Assembly: GCF_020745735.1 (NCBI RefSeq)
Contig: NC_083429.1
Coordinates: 34,081,877-34,145,876, forward strand
Direction: 5' to 3'
Source of the DNA: Hemiscyllium ocellatum
Taxonomy: Eukaryota
DNA: 64,000 nucleotides
Shown here: positions 53,306 through 64,000 of the stretch, in pieces
How positions within the stretch are numbered: the first letter of the stretch is position 1
How the letters are laid out: every line of letters begins with the position of its first letter
Made by a program: the position numbers and the translations under genes
The notes under the pieces: model-generated
Database searches by the model: none
What the model was told of the DNA's origin: nothing
Seen by the model: the letters and a program-made list of their open reading frames with translations, nothing else

Positions 53306-53676
53306 CCTCTCTTCCACGGGTGTGTTAGAGCCCGCGTGTCTTTGGAGAGGTAGCACAGTGTCCACCAACACCCTTGAGCTGTCCAGGGAGAGGTGGGTAC
53401 CGCAGGGAGTGGAGTGTATTATATTTCTATCCAACTCTATTTTGATTTAATCCCTGCCCTCCCCTTCACTGTTTGATCACACAGCATTGCCCTTTGATGT
53501 GAAGGGCACTACTTGTCACTGGCCACTTGGGTGTTTCCTTTCTTCCTGGTGGTGGAAATTGAATAAAGTTTTGTCCATCTGTTGTCTTTCACTGTCTCAC
53601 GCCTGTACACACACAACATGGATATTGGGGAAAATATAGGTACTACCGCAGTTAGGCGATAGTAAATTTAAAAAAA
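53306..53676 (+). mobile_element. Tx1/L1-clade LINE 3' end with TSD
   Basis: 14 bp TSD TAGAATTTGGCAGT (53292-305 / 53677-90), decayed ORF2 end, AATAAA and A tail. Confidence 0.75.
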
Positions 53677-53762
53677 TAGAATTTGGCAGTAATTGTGATT
53701 ATTTAGGGCTATAGTGGCTCAGTGGTAACGTCCCTTCCTCTGAACAAGAGGGCTGAGTTCAA

Positions 53763-55529
53763 AGTTGAAAAGTGTGGTGCTGGTAAAAGCACAGCCGGTC
53801 AGGCAGCATCTGAGGAGCAGGAGAACCCGCGTTTTGAGCATAAGCCCTATATCAGGAATGAGGATTGTAGCCCAAAGGGGCTGAGAGATATATGGGAGGG
53901 GGGTGGGGTTGGAGGAAGGTAGCTGCGAATGCAACAGGTAGATGAAAGTGACAGGTCGGAGAGGAGGGTGGAGTGGGTGGGAAGGAAGATGGACAGTTCA
54001 AGAAGGTGGTGCTGAATTACAAGGTTGGATCAGGGATAAGGTGGGGAGAGGGGAAATGAAGAAATAGGTGAAATCCACATTGCTACTGTGTGGTTGGAGG
54101 AGGCCAAGGCAGAAGATGAGGCGTTCTTCTTTCAGGCGTTAGGTAGTTAGGTTTGCCAGTGGAGGAGATCCAAGACTGGCATGTCCTTGGCGGAGTGGGA
54201 GGGAGAGTTAAAGTGTTTGGTCACAGGGAGGTGGGGTCATTTAGTGTATGTATCCCAGAGATGTTTCTCTGAAATGTTCTGCAAGTTGGTGTCATGTCTC
54301 CCCAATGTAGAGGAGACCACATCAGGAGTCATGGACACAGTAGATGACATGAGTGGAAGTACAAGTGTATCTTTCAAATGTGGAAGGATCCTTTGGGGCC
54401 TTGGAACAGATGTCAGGGTAGGAGGTGATGTGGGCGCAAGTATTGCACTTCTTGTGGTGGCAGGGGCAGGTGCCTGGGAGTGGAGGTCAGGTTGGTGGGG
54501 GGTGTAGATTGCACAAGGGAATAGTGGATGGAATGGTCTTTCCAGAATGCAGATAGGGGTGGGGAAGGAAACACATCCCTGGTGGTGGAGTCTGTAAGTG
54601 GCAGAAGATGATGATGCGATGTATCATGCAGTGGAAGGTGAAGACAGGGGTGGGGGGGTCTGTTGTTGTTGCGATTGGAGGTATGGGGTTCAAGGGCGGA
54701 AGTGGAGGATATGTGCAGGAGGGCATTGACGACTACATGGGAGGGAAAATTGTGGTCTTTGAAGAAGGAAGCCACGTGGAATGTTCTCTAATGGATTTGG
54801 TTCTCCTTGGAGCAGAAGTGGCGGAGGATTTGGGAATAAAGAATAGCATTCCTACAGGAGGCAAGGTGGGAGGAGGTATAGTCCAGGTAGCTATGGGAGT
54901 TGATGGGTTTGTAGTAGATGTCCATGTTGAGTCGTTCACCAGAAATGGAGAGGTCCAGGTGAACTTGAGGTCAGGATGGAAGGCATTCATGAAGTTGATG
55001 AACTGGTCAACCTTGTAAGAAGCATGAGGTGGCACCGATACAGTCAGTGATGTAACAGAGGAATATGTGGGGAATGGTGCTAGTGTCGCTGTGGAAGATG
55101 GACTGTTCCACATACCCATGTGGTTCCAGGGTCCCAAGGCAGATGAGGAAGCATTCTTCCTCCAGAATCAGGTGGTTAGGGATTGACAGTGGAGGCAGCC
55201 CAAGAATTGCATGTCCTTGGCAGAGTGAGAGGAGTTATGTCAGATCCAAACTTCCAACTTGACACTGCCCTCTTGAATTGCCCTACCTGTCCACCTTCCT
55301 TTCCATCTGTTCACCGCACCCACTTCTCCAACCCATCATCTTCCCCATCTTCATCTATTGCATTCCCAGCTGCGTTTTCCACCCACCCCCTCCCATTTTT
55401 CTCTCAGACCTCCTGGACCACAAGCGTCATTCCTGATGAAGGGTTTATGCTTGAAATGTCAATTCTCCTGCTTTCCCAGCACCACAATTTTTGACTCTAA
55501 TCTCCAGCACCTGCAGCTCTCACTTACTT
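53763..55529 (-). mobile_element. Penelope-like element (second family) with inverted 3' arm, inserted in a SINE head
   Basis: RT-like VDQFINFMNAFHPDLKFTWT; TSD AGGGCTGAGTTCAA (53749-62 / 55530-43). Confidence 0.8.
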
Positions 55530-56194
55530 AGGGCTGAGTTCAATACCTATCTGCTCCAGAGGGTGTGATAACATCACAGGTTGATGAGAATAATGGAGCA
55601 GGCTTGGAAGGCAAAACCATTCCTGTTTATATTTCTTTTGGGGACTAATAATCATTTCCCAAATTATCAGTTTTCCAAAGCTGTTCATCAATTTATGTTA
55701 ATTTTCTAGGTTGGTATTAATGAGCTGCAGATAGAATAACCTATAAACTATTGAATGCAAAGACTTGATTTTGAACTTGATTGTGGCACAGTTGCTCAGT
55801 GGTTAGCACTGCTGCTTCACAGTGCCAGGGATCTGGGTTTGATTCTCACCTCAGCCTACCCTATGTGAGGAGTTTGCACATTCTCTCTGTGTGGGTGTGC
55901 TCTGGTTTCCTCCCACAATGCAAAGCTGTACAGGCTAGGTGAATTGGCTATTCTAAATTGCCTGTCGGAGAATGGGTCTGGGTGGGTTACTCTTTGGAGG
56001 GTGTATGTTGGGCTGAGGGGCCTATTTCCACATTGTAGGTAATCTATCTAATTTAAAATTACATTGCTTTAAACTGGTGATTTGGTGGTGGGTCACACCA
56101 AAAAAAAGTGTTTGGCATTCTTTTCAAATCAAATATTGACTATAACATAGGGCAGGATCTGAAATCTTAAATTTGCGAGGCCAAAGTGAAGGTG

Positions 56195-56486
56195 GAGAAG
56201 GACGGTGGCGGGGCGGAATTGAGCTCCGAAGGCGGCTGCCATGGCGCGGCTCCTCCACGGTAGACTGAAGGGGCGGAAGTGTACACCGACGATGGCTGTA
56301 AAGGGCGGAACTAAATCCCGAGAAGGACGTTGGCGGAGCGGAAGTGAATCCTGAAGGAGATTGTAGCGGGGCGGAAGTGAGGTCCGCAGTGGAACGAGTG
56401 GGACTGAAGGCGCTTGAAGTGTAATCCGGAACCGAGTTTAGTTTGGTGGGACGGGGTAAACGGGTGGATGTTAATTTGAAACTACC
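56195..56486 (+). promoter_or_regulatory. RBM7 promoter: CpG-rich, repeated GGCGGAA(GT) ETS/GC-box motifs, YY1-like GCCATGGCG
   Basis: GCGGAA at 56213, 56273, 56305, 56338 and 56371, directly upstream of the ATG. Confidence 0.75.
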
Positions 56487-56579
56487 ATGGGGATATCGAA
56501 TGATGCGGATACAACGCTGTTCATCGGGAATCTGGATCAGAGAGTAACGGAGGAGCTTCTATTTGAATTATTCCTGCAG
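56487..56579 (+). CDS. RBM7: RBM7 exon 1, MGISNDADTTLFIGNLDQRVTEELLFELFLQ (RNP2)
   Basis: RRM start typical of RBM7/RBM11, Kozak accATGg, CAG|gtgg donor. Adjacency to REXO2, as in human, favours RBM7. Confidence 0.92.
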
Positions 56580-57023
56580 GTGGGCCTTGGCCTAGTGAGG
56601 CCTTGGGCGGGATTGAACTTGTCTCCGCTCTTCCCTCAGAAGCTGTTCCTTTCGATTTTCAAACCCGCTTATTTTTTTTGTCTCAGCTTTTACTGGGTCA
56701 GTTTGAAGTCATTGCCGTTTAATGAAGTGGTTAAGCTGCTTTTGTGCAGCCATCAGCAGAAAGTGAATCTGAAATTGAATTGAACAGCCGCGTGTTTCAT
56801 TCATGTTCTGCAACTTCGATTACTTTCATTTATGAGATACTTCAGAGCAAACTTTCTGTTTATAGTTTGTTTATAGCCCGGTTTGTTCAAAATTCCCCAA
56901 CTTCACTCTTTGGTTCTAATGTAATTCCGCAGACACTTTTTCAAAATGCACGTTTTTCTCCTTTTTCGCTACTTGATTGGAAATGTGAGTATCCTCCCTC
57001 ATTTCCTTTTTCTGCTTTGCCAG

Positions 57024-57186
57024 TCTGGCCCGCTCCTCGCCGTAAAGATCCCCAAGGATAAGGATGGAAAATCAAAGCAGTACGCGTTCGTGCATTTTAA
57101 ACATGTGGAGTCCGTCCATTATGGGAAAAACTTACTGAATGGAATACAACTCTACGGAAAGGCTATTAAGATACAGTTCAGATCAG
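57024..57186 (+). CDS. RBM7: RBM7 exon 2, SGPLLAVKIPKDKDGKSKQYAFVHFKH...KIQFRSG (RNP1)
   Basis: Polypyrimidine tract plus cag acceptor, 163 nt, G|gtaag donor. Confidence 0.94.
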
Positions 57187-57429
57187 GTAAGTTCAGAAAA
57201 CTTGAATTGCAGCAGTTTATTTCCTGCCTTGTCGGGTGATAGCTTGAATTCCAATAGACATTTTTCATTTTTGGTCTGCTTGCTTTCATGTCATATGTTT
57301 TAAATTTGTCACTGTACGTTTTTCCCAGTCAGGGAGAATGTAAATCTGTTCCAAGTTTGATATTTGAACTTGTTACAAGAAAGGGAGATAATTGGTATCT
57401 CTGGTAGCACCTAGTAGGAAAAACATTTA

Positions 57430-57792
57430 ACTTATGAAGATGTTAGATAAGAGAGAAGCAGAATGGTTGTTTTCACTGCTGAGTGAAAGTAGAACTGGGG
57501 GATATAGCCTCAAAATAAGGAGGAGCAGATTGAGGACTGAGTTGAGGATGAACTTCTTCACCCAAAGGATTGTGAATTTGCAAAATTCCCTGCCCAGTGA
57601 AGCAGTTGAGTCTGACTTGTTGAGATGTTTTGAATGCAAAGATAGATTTTTGCACAGTGAAGGAATTGAGGGTTGTGGTGAGCGGGCAGGTAAGTGGAGC
57701 TGAGTCCGCAAAAAGATGAGCTTTGATTTTATTGAATGATGGAATAGATTTGATGAGCCAGATGGCCTACTACTCCTATTTCTTATGTTCTT
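57430..57792 (+). mobile_element. CR1 3' fragment in RBM7 intron 2
   Basis: RTELRMNFFTQRIVNL peptide and CR1 tail. Confidence 0.8.
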
Positions 57793-58317
57793 CAGTGGTC
57801 AGGACACTTTTGACACAGATTTTGCAAATACTAAACTTTTTTACTAATGGCTCAATCTGAAAAAAGGTTGAATTCTGTGTATCAGTTTTGGAATCAATTT
57901 TGACTTTAAGTCAGATGAAAAATTGTATTTCAGCATGTGCACTCTAAACTTTTAAATACAGATAATAGGTTTTGAGCTTTCTTCCTGGTAGAAACAGTTG
58001 CTTGATCTGGTGCCTGTCAATTGTTCTGTGATATCGCTGTCATTGTTAACTTTCAGTGGATACAGGTTAATGTTGAAGATAACTTTAGATGGGTTAATTG
58101 CAGTGTTAATGCTTTTTAAGCAGTTGCAGAGAAAGAAAAGGTGATTGAAGAGAATTCACTTGGTCATGAATGGGGAGAGGCAAACTGCAGGATGGATATT
58201 AATCTTAATAGAAAGCAAACTACCATTGATTTGAGATGTCATTCCAGACGCAAGAAAGTCAAAAGTGTTAAATTTAAAATTGACAGTAATTTTCTATTTT
58301 CTGCCTTCTGTTTCTAG

Positions 58318-58411
58318 GGAGTGTTCATGAATCTCGGGAAGGAAGCCAGTCTCAGAATTCAACTTCTTCTTTCGCTCCTCCCTCCCATTCTAACCAGTTC
58401 AGCAATAATCG
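58318..58411 (+). CDS. RBM7: RBM7 exon 3, GSVHESREGSQSQNSTSSFAPPSHSNQFSNNR; gene continues beyond the window
   Basis: Strong acceptor tttctag, phase-1 start fits exon 2, open Ser/Pro-rich linker, CG|gtat donor. Confidence 0.8.
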
Positions 58412-59188
58412 GTATAAACATTGTTCTGTAATTGTTTAGCTATTTTTGTTTTCAGTTCTGCATGTTGCTAACTAACATGTAGTCTGTTTGCTTCTGTAGA
58501 CTCTTAAAAAGAAATTGCAATGCACATCAAGTAGGCAGAACTTGCAAGGGCTCAAAAGTTGCTTTATAGATTCTGAATATTAAAGGAGGCTTTTTGAGGA
58601 GTTTAGAATTGCTGAGACTAAGTCTTTCAGGGCAGGAAGTGAAAGCCATACTGAATATTGACAGCATTCATTTATACTTGGGAAATTTTGGCAGTTGTGC
58701 TTTCTGTGTACATGTTAATGTGTAGATTTGTAATTGTGCAAAAAATCTAATGTAAAATTATTCCTGCAAGATGGTCTCTCAGTAGACCACTTTCAAGGTT
58801 ACATAACATTGCAACTTCGATATTCAATATAGGATAGTGGTGACAAGAAACATTGTGATGCTAAACGTTGTCTTAAGGAGCTTAGACTATAAGAGACCAT
58901 AGGACATAAGAGCAGGAATTGTGCCATTCAGCCCATCAAGTCTGCTCTGCCATTCAATCATGGCTGATAAGTTTCTCAACTCCATTCTCCTGTTTCTCCC
59001 CGTAACTCTTGATCCCCCTGACAATCAAGAAATATCAATCTTCGTCTTAAAAATACTCAATGACCTGGCTTCCAGCCTACTGTGGCAGTGAATTCCATAA
59101 ATTCACCACTTTTCTGTTTAAAGAAATTTCTTCACATCTCTGTTCTAAAAGTTGTTGTGGTTCTGTTCGCCGAGCTGGGAATTTGTGT

Positions 59189-59230
59189 TGCAGACGTTTC
59201 GTCCCCTGTCTAGGTGACATCTTCAGTGCT
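59189..59230 (-). ncRNA. Minimal type I hammerhead ribozyme motif in a Penelope terminus
   Basis: gca-CUGAAGA-u-GUCACCU agac AGGGGAC-GAAAC-GUC-ugc: intact core, stem II and palindromic ACGU stem III. Confidence 0.7.
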
Positions 59231-61004
59231 TGGGAGTCTCCTGTGAAGCGCTTCTGTGATCTTTCCTCCGCCATTTGTAGTGGTTTGAATCTGCCACTTC
59301 TGGTTGTCAGTTCTAGCTGTCCGCTGCAGTGGTTGGTATATTGGGTCCAGGTTGATGTACTTATTGGTTGAATTTGTGGATGAGTGCCATGCGCCTAGGA
59401 ATTCCCTGGCTGTTATCTGTTTGGCTTGTCCTGTAATAGTAGTGTTGTACCAGTTGAAATTCATGTTGCTTGTTATATGCGTGTGTGGCTACTAAGGATA
59501 GCTGATCGTGTCGTTTCGTGGCTAGTTGGTGTTCATGGATGTGGATCGTTAGCTGTCTTCCTGTTTGTCCTATGTAGTGTTTTGTGCAGTCCTTGCATGG
59601 GATTTTGTACACTACATTGGTTTTGCTCATGCTGGATATTGGGTCCTTCGTTTTGGTGAGTTGTTGTCTGAGAGTGGCTGTTGGTTTGTGTGCCGTTATG
59701 AGTCCTAGTGGTCGCAGTAGCTGGCTGTCAGTTCGAAAATGCTCTTGATATACGGTAGTGTGGCTAGTTCTCTGGGTTGCAGCATGTCCTCATTCCGTTG
59801 TCTTTCCCTTAGGCATCTGTTGATGAAATTGCGTGGATATCCGTTTTTGGCAAATACATTGTACAGGTGTTCTTCATCCTCCTTTTTGCAGTTCTGGTGT
59901 ACTGCAGAGTTTTGTGGCCCTTTTTGAATAGTGTCTTGATGCAACTTCTTTTGTGTGTTGGGGTGGTTGCTTTCGTATTTTAGGACTTGGTCTGTTTGTG
60001 TAACAAACAGTCTTACCGCAAATTCAACCCAAACTCTGGGTCAGATATGTGGATGACACCTTTGTAATCATTAAAAACACAGAAATAGAGAACACACACT
60101 GGATCATCAATGCCACACTCACAGGAATCCGATTCACTATGGAGAAAGAAAAGGACAACCAACTCCCATTCCTGAACGTGATGGTACAGAACACCGAACG
60201 GAGAATTCAGTACAAAGGTATACAGGAAAGCCACACACACAGACCAAGTCCTGAACTACGAAAGCAACCACCCCAACACACACAAAAGAAGTTGCATCAA
60301 GACACTATTCAAAAGGGCCACAACACACTACAGTACACCAGAACTGCAAAAAGAGGAAGAAGAACACCTATACAAGGTATTCGCCAAAAACGGATACTCG
60401 CACAATTTCATCAACAGATGCCTAAGGGAAAGACAACGGAATGAGGACATGCCGCAACCCAGAGGACTAGCCACACCACCATACATCAAGAGCATTTCCG
60501 AACTGACAGCCAGACCACAGTGACCACTAGGACTCATAAAAGCACACAAACCAACAGCCACTCTCAGACAACAACTCACCAAAACGAAAGACCCAATACC
60601 CAGCATGAGCAAAACCAATGTAGTGTACAAAATCCCATGCAAGGACTGCACAAAACACTACATAGAACAAACAGGAAGACAGCTAACGATCCGCGTCCAT
60701 GAACACCAACTAGCCACGAAACGACACGATCAGCTATCCTTAGTAGCCACGCACGCAGATGACAAGCAACATGAATTTCAACTGGTACAACACTACTATT
60801 ACAGGACAAGTCAAACAGAGAACAGCCAGGGAATTCCTAGAGGCGTGGCACTCATCCACAGATTCAATCAATAAGCACATCGACCTGGACCCAATATACC
60901 GACCACTGCAGCGGACAGCTGGAACTGGCAACCGGAAGCGGCAGATTCAAACCACTACAAATGGCGGAGGAAAGATCACAGAAGCGCTTCACAGGAGGCT
61001 CCGA

Positions 61005-61044
61005 AGCACTGAGGATGTCACCTAGACGGGGACGAAACATCTGC
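61005..61044 (+). ncRNA. Hammerhead motif variant (GAAACAUC)
   Basis: CUGAGGA..GUCACC..GGGGAC GAAAC AUC ugc, with a G>A change in stem III. Confidence 0.55.
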
Positions 61045-62030
61045 GCACACATTCCCAGCTCGGCGAACAGAACCACAACAACGAGCACCTGAACTACAAA
61101 TCTTCTCACAAACTTTGATCTGTTCTAAAAGGTCTTCCCTGTAATCTAAGGCTGTGCCCTTAGGCCCTAGTCTCCCCCACCAATGGAAATGTCATGCCAA
61201 CATCCATTCTGTCAAGGCCGTTCAGTATTCTGTAAGTTTTTTTTAATTAGATCCCTCCTTGTCCTTCCAAACTCCATCTAGTATAAACCCAGATATGTTA
61301 AGCTTTTCATTCCTGGTACCATTCTCATGAACCTCCTCTGAACACGCTGCAGGGCCAGTACATCCTTCCTGAGATTTGGGGCCAAACATTGTGCACAATA
61401 CTCCAAATGTGGTCTGACCAGAACATTAGGCAGCCGAAGAAGTACATCTGTGCTTTTATATTCAAGTCCTCTCTACCTTAATGCCATAATTGCATTTGCC
61501 TTCCTAACTACTGAGTTAACTCAAAAGTTTACATTGAGCGGATCTTTGACGAAAACTCCCAAGTCGCTTTGCAGTTTAGACTTCTGAATTTTCTCCCTAT
61601 TTAGAAAATAGTTCATGTTTCTATTCTTACTACCAAAGTGTATGACCCCTCACTTTCCCACGTTGTACTCCATCTGTCACTTCTTTGCCCACTCTCCTAA
61701 CCTGTCAAAATTCTTCTGCAGCCACCCTGCCTCCTCAATACTACCTGACCCTCTATCTTTGAATAGTCTCCAAAAGTAGCCAGAATGCACTCAGTTTATT
61801 CATCTAGATTGTTAATTGTAAAGTGAAAAGTTGTAGTCCCAATGCTGAGTCTTGCACAACAGCACTTGTCACCAGCTGCCATCCTGAGAAAGACTCTTTT
61901 ATTGCCACTCTCTGCTTTCTGCCAGAAAGCCAATCTTCTATCCATGCTGGCACCTTGCCTCTAACACCATGGGCCCTAATCTTACTCAGCAGCCTCCTGT
62001 GTGGCACATTGTCAAAGGCTTTCTTGAGAT

Positions 62031-64000
62031 CATAGAGTCATAGATGTACAACATGGAAACAGACCCTTTGGTCCAACTTGTCTATGCTGACCAGATATCC
62101 CAACCTAATCTAGTCCTATTTGCCAGCACTTGGCCCATATTCCTCTAAACCCTTCCTATTCATATACCCATCCAGATCATTTTAAATGTTGCAATTATTC
62201 CAGTCTCCACCACTTCCTCTGGCAGCTTTTTCCATGCACGTACCACCCTCTGTGTGAAAACGTTGCCCCTTAGGTTTCTTTTATATCTTTTCCCTCTCAC
62301 TCAAAACCTATGTCCTCTAGTTCTGGACTCCCCAACTCCAGGGAAAGGACTTTGTCTATTTATCCTATCCATGCCCCTCATGATTTGATAAACCTCTATA
62401 AGGTCAACCCTCGGCCTTCGAAACTCTAGGGCAAACAGTCCCAGCTTATTCAGCCTCTCCCTATAGCTCAAATCCACCAATCCTGGCATCATTCTTGTAA
62501 ATCTTTTCTGAACTCTTTCAAGTTTCACATCATCCTTTCGATAGGAAGGAGACCAGAATTGCACACAGTATTCCAAAAGTGGCCTAATCAATGTCCTGTA
62601 CAGTTGCAACATGACCTCTTAACTCCTGTACTCAATACTCTGACCATTAAAGGAAGGCATACGAAACTCCTCCTTCATTAGCCTATCTACCTGCAACTCT
62701 TCTTCTAAGGAGCTGCACTCTAAGTGTTTTGTTCCAAAACACTCCCCAGAACCTTACCATTAAGTGTATAAGTCCTGGTAAGATTTGCTTTCCCAAAATG
62801 CAGCACCTCCCATTTATGTAAATTAAACTCCATCTGCCATTGTTCAGGCCATTGGCCCATCTGATCAAGATCCTGTTGTAAACTGAGGTAATCTTCGCTG
62901 ACCCCTACACCACCAATTTTAGTGTCATCTGAGAACTTACTAACTATACTACTTAAGCTCACATCCAAATCATTTATATAAAGGATGAAAATTAGTGGAC
63001 TCTGCATTGATCCTTGTGGCACTCCACTGATCACAGGCCTCCAGTCTGAAAAACAACTCTCCACCACCACCCTCTGTCTTCTACCTTCAAGCCAATTCTG
63101 TATCCAAATGGCTAGTTCCCTTTGTATTCCATGAGATCTAACCTTGTGAACCATTCTCCCAAGGGGAACATTGTCGAACTCCTTACTGGTCCATATAGAA
63201 CACGTCCACTGTTCTGCTCTCGTCAATCCTCTTTTGTTACTTTTTCAGAAAACACAATCAAGTTTGTGAGACATGATTCCCCATGCTCAAAGCCAAGTTG
63301 ACTATCCGTAATCAGTCCTTGCCATTCCAAATATGTGTAAATCCTGTCCATCAGAATTCCCTCTAACAACTTGCCCACCACTGATGTCAGACTCACTAGT
63401 ACTACCTTTCTTAAATAGTGGTACCACGTCAGCCAATCTCCTGTTTCCGGCACCTCCCCTGTGACTATCGATAATACAAATATCTCAGCAAGGGGCCCAG
63501 CAATCGCTTCCCACAGAGTTCTTGTACACCAGATCAGGTCATAGGAATTTATGCGTTTTAAGATATTTAGCACTTCTTCCTCTGTAATATTGACATTTTT
63601 CAAAATGTCACCATCTATTTCTTCACACTCTATATCTTCCATGTCCTCCACAGTAAACACTGCAAAATACTTGTTTCGTATATTCCCCCATCTTCTGCAG
63701 CTCTACAGAAAGGCTGCCTTGCTGATCTTTGAGGGGCCTTATTCTCTACCTAGTTAACTTTTTGTCCTTATTGCAATTGTAAAAACCCTTTGGATTCTCC
63801 TTCACCCTATTTTGCCAAAGCTATCTCATGTCCCCTCTTTGCCCTCCTGATTTCCCTCTTAAGTGTATTCCTACTGCCTTGTAAGGATTATACTGTTATA
63901 CTCCTTATACTCTTGTGAGGATTCACTCAATCTCTCCTGTCTATACCTGACATCTACCTCCTTTTTCTTAACCAAGCCCTCAACTTCTTTTGTCATTCAG
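62031..64000 (-). mobile_element. CR1/HER1 LINE, decayed RT (~2 kb)
   Basis: SGVPQGS..KFSDDTKIGG and LYRTLIRPLLEYCVQFWSP peptides, frameshifted. Confidence 0.92.

Larger units (their letters stand above)
59152..61118. mobile_element. Penelope-like element with inverted duplication: 59152-60001 (-) and 60002-61118 (+)
   Basis: RT ..DDTFVI..LPFL and GIY-YIG peptides; TSD TCTGTTCTAAAAG (59139-51 / 61119-31). Confidence 0.92.
58891..62030 (-). mobile_element. CR1 LINE split by a Penelope insertion (58891-59151 plus 61119-62030)
   Basis: CR1 sequence is continuous across the TSD; RT peptide at 61804-62007. Confidence 0.8.

Noticed and set aside
56129-56242. Short minus-strand ORF from the palindromic CCATGG (possible C11orf71-like divergent gene)
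   Set aside because: Only 37 codons with no recognisable similarity. Better explained as a YY1-like promoter motif.

Overview
Vertebrate genomic DNA, almost certainly a cartilaginous fish (shark), judged from HE1/V-SINEs, HER1/CR1 LINEs and shark-type Penelope elements. Three spliced genes can be built from GT-AG boundaries: AAMDC (- strand, complete, 122 aa), REXO2 oligoribonuclease (- strand, 7 exons, 274 aa, with an in-frame internal ATG giving 206 aa) and the first three exons of RBM7 (+ strand). Between the divergent REXO2 and RBM7 promoters lies a ~30 kb strongly purine-skewed array (about 18.9-49.0 kb). It is a head-to-tail series of at least 8 copies of one non-autonomous LTR-retrotransposon-like unit. 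Each unit is a ~685 bp TG..CA LTR, a decayed tRNA-Pro PBS, a ~370 bp gag 5' stub cut at the same point in six copies, and a GA-rich 22-24 nt satellite with conserved junctions; there is no pol. Later LINE, SINE, MITE and Penelope insertions interrupt it. Three Penelope insertions have inverted arms and 13-14 bp TSDs, and several carry minimal hammerhead-ribozyme motifs. One of them forms a ~850 bp inverted repeat inside RBM7 intron 3. The long S/L/F/H-rich minus-strand ORFs in the ORF track are artefacts of the purine skew.
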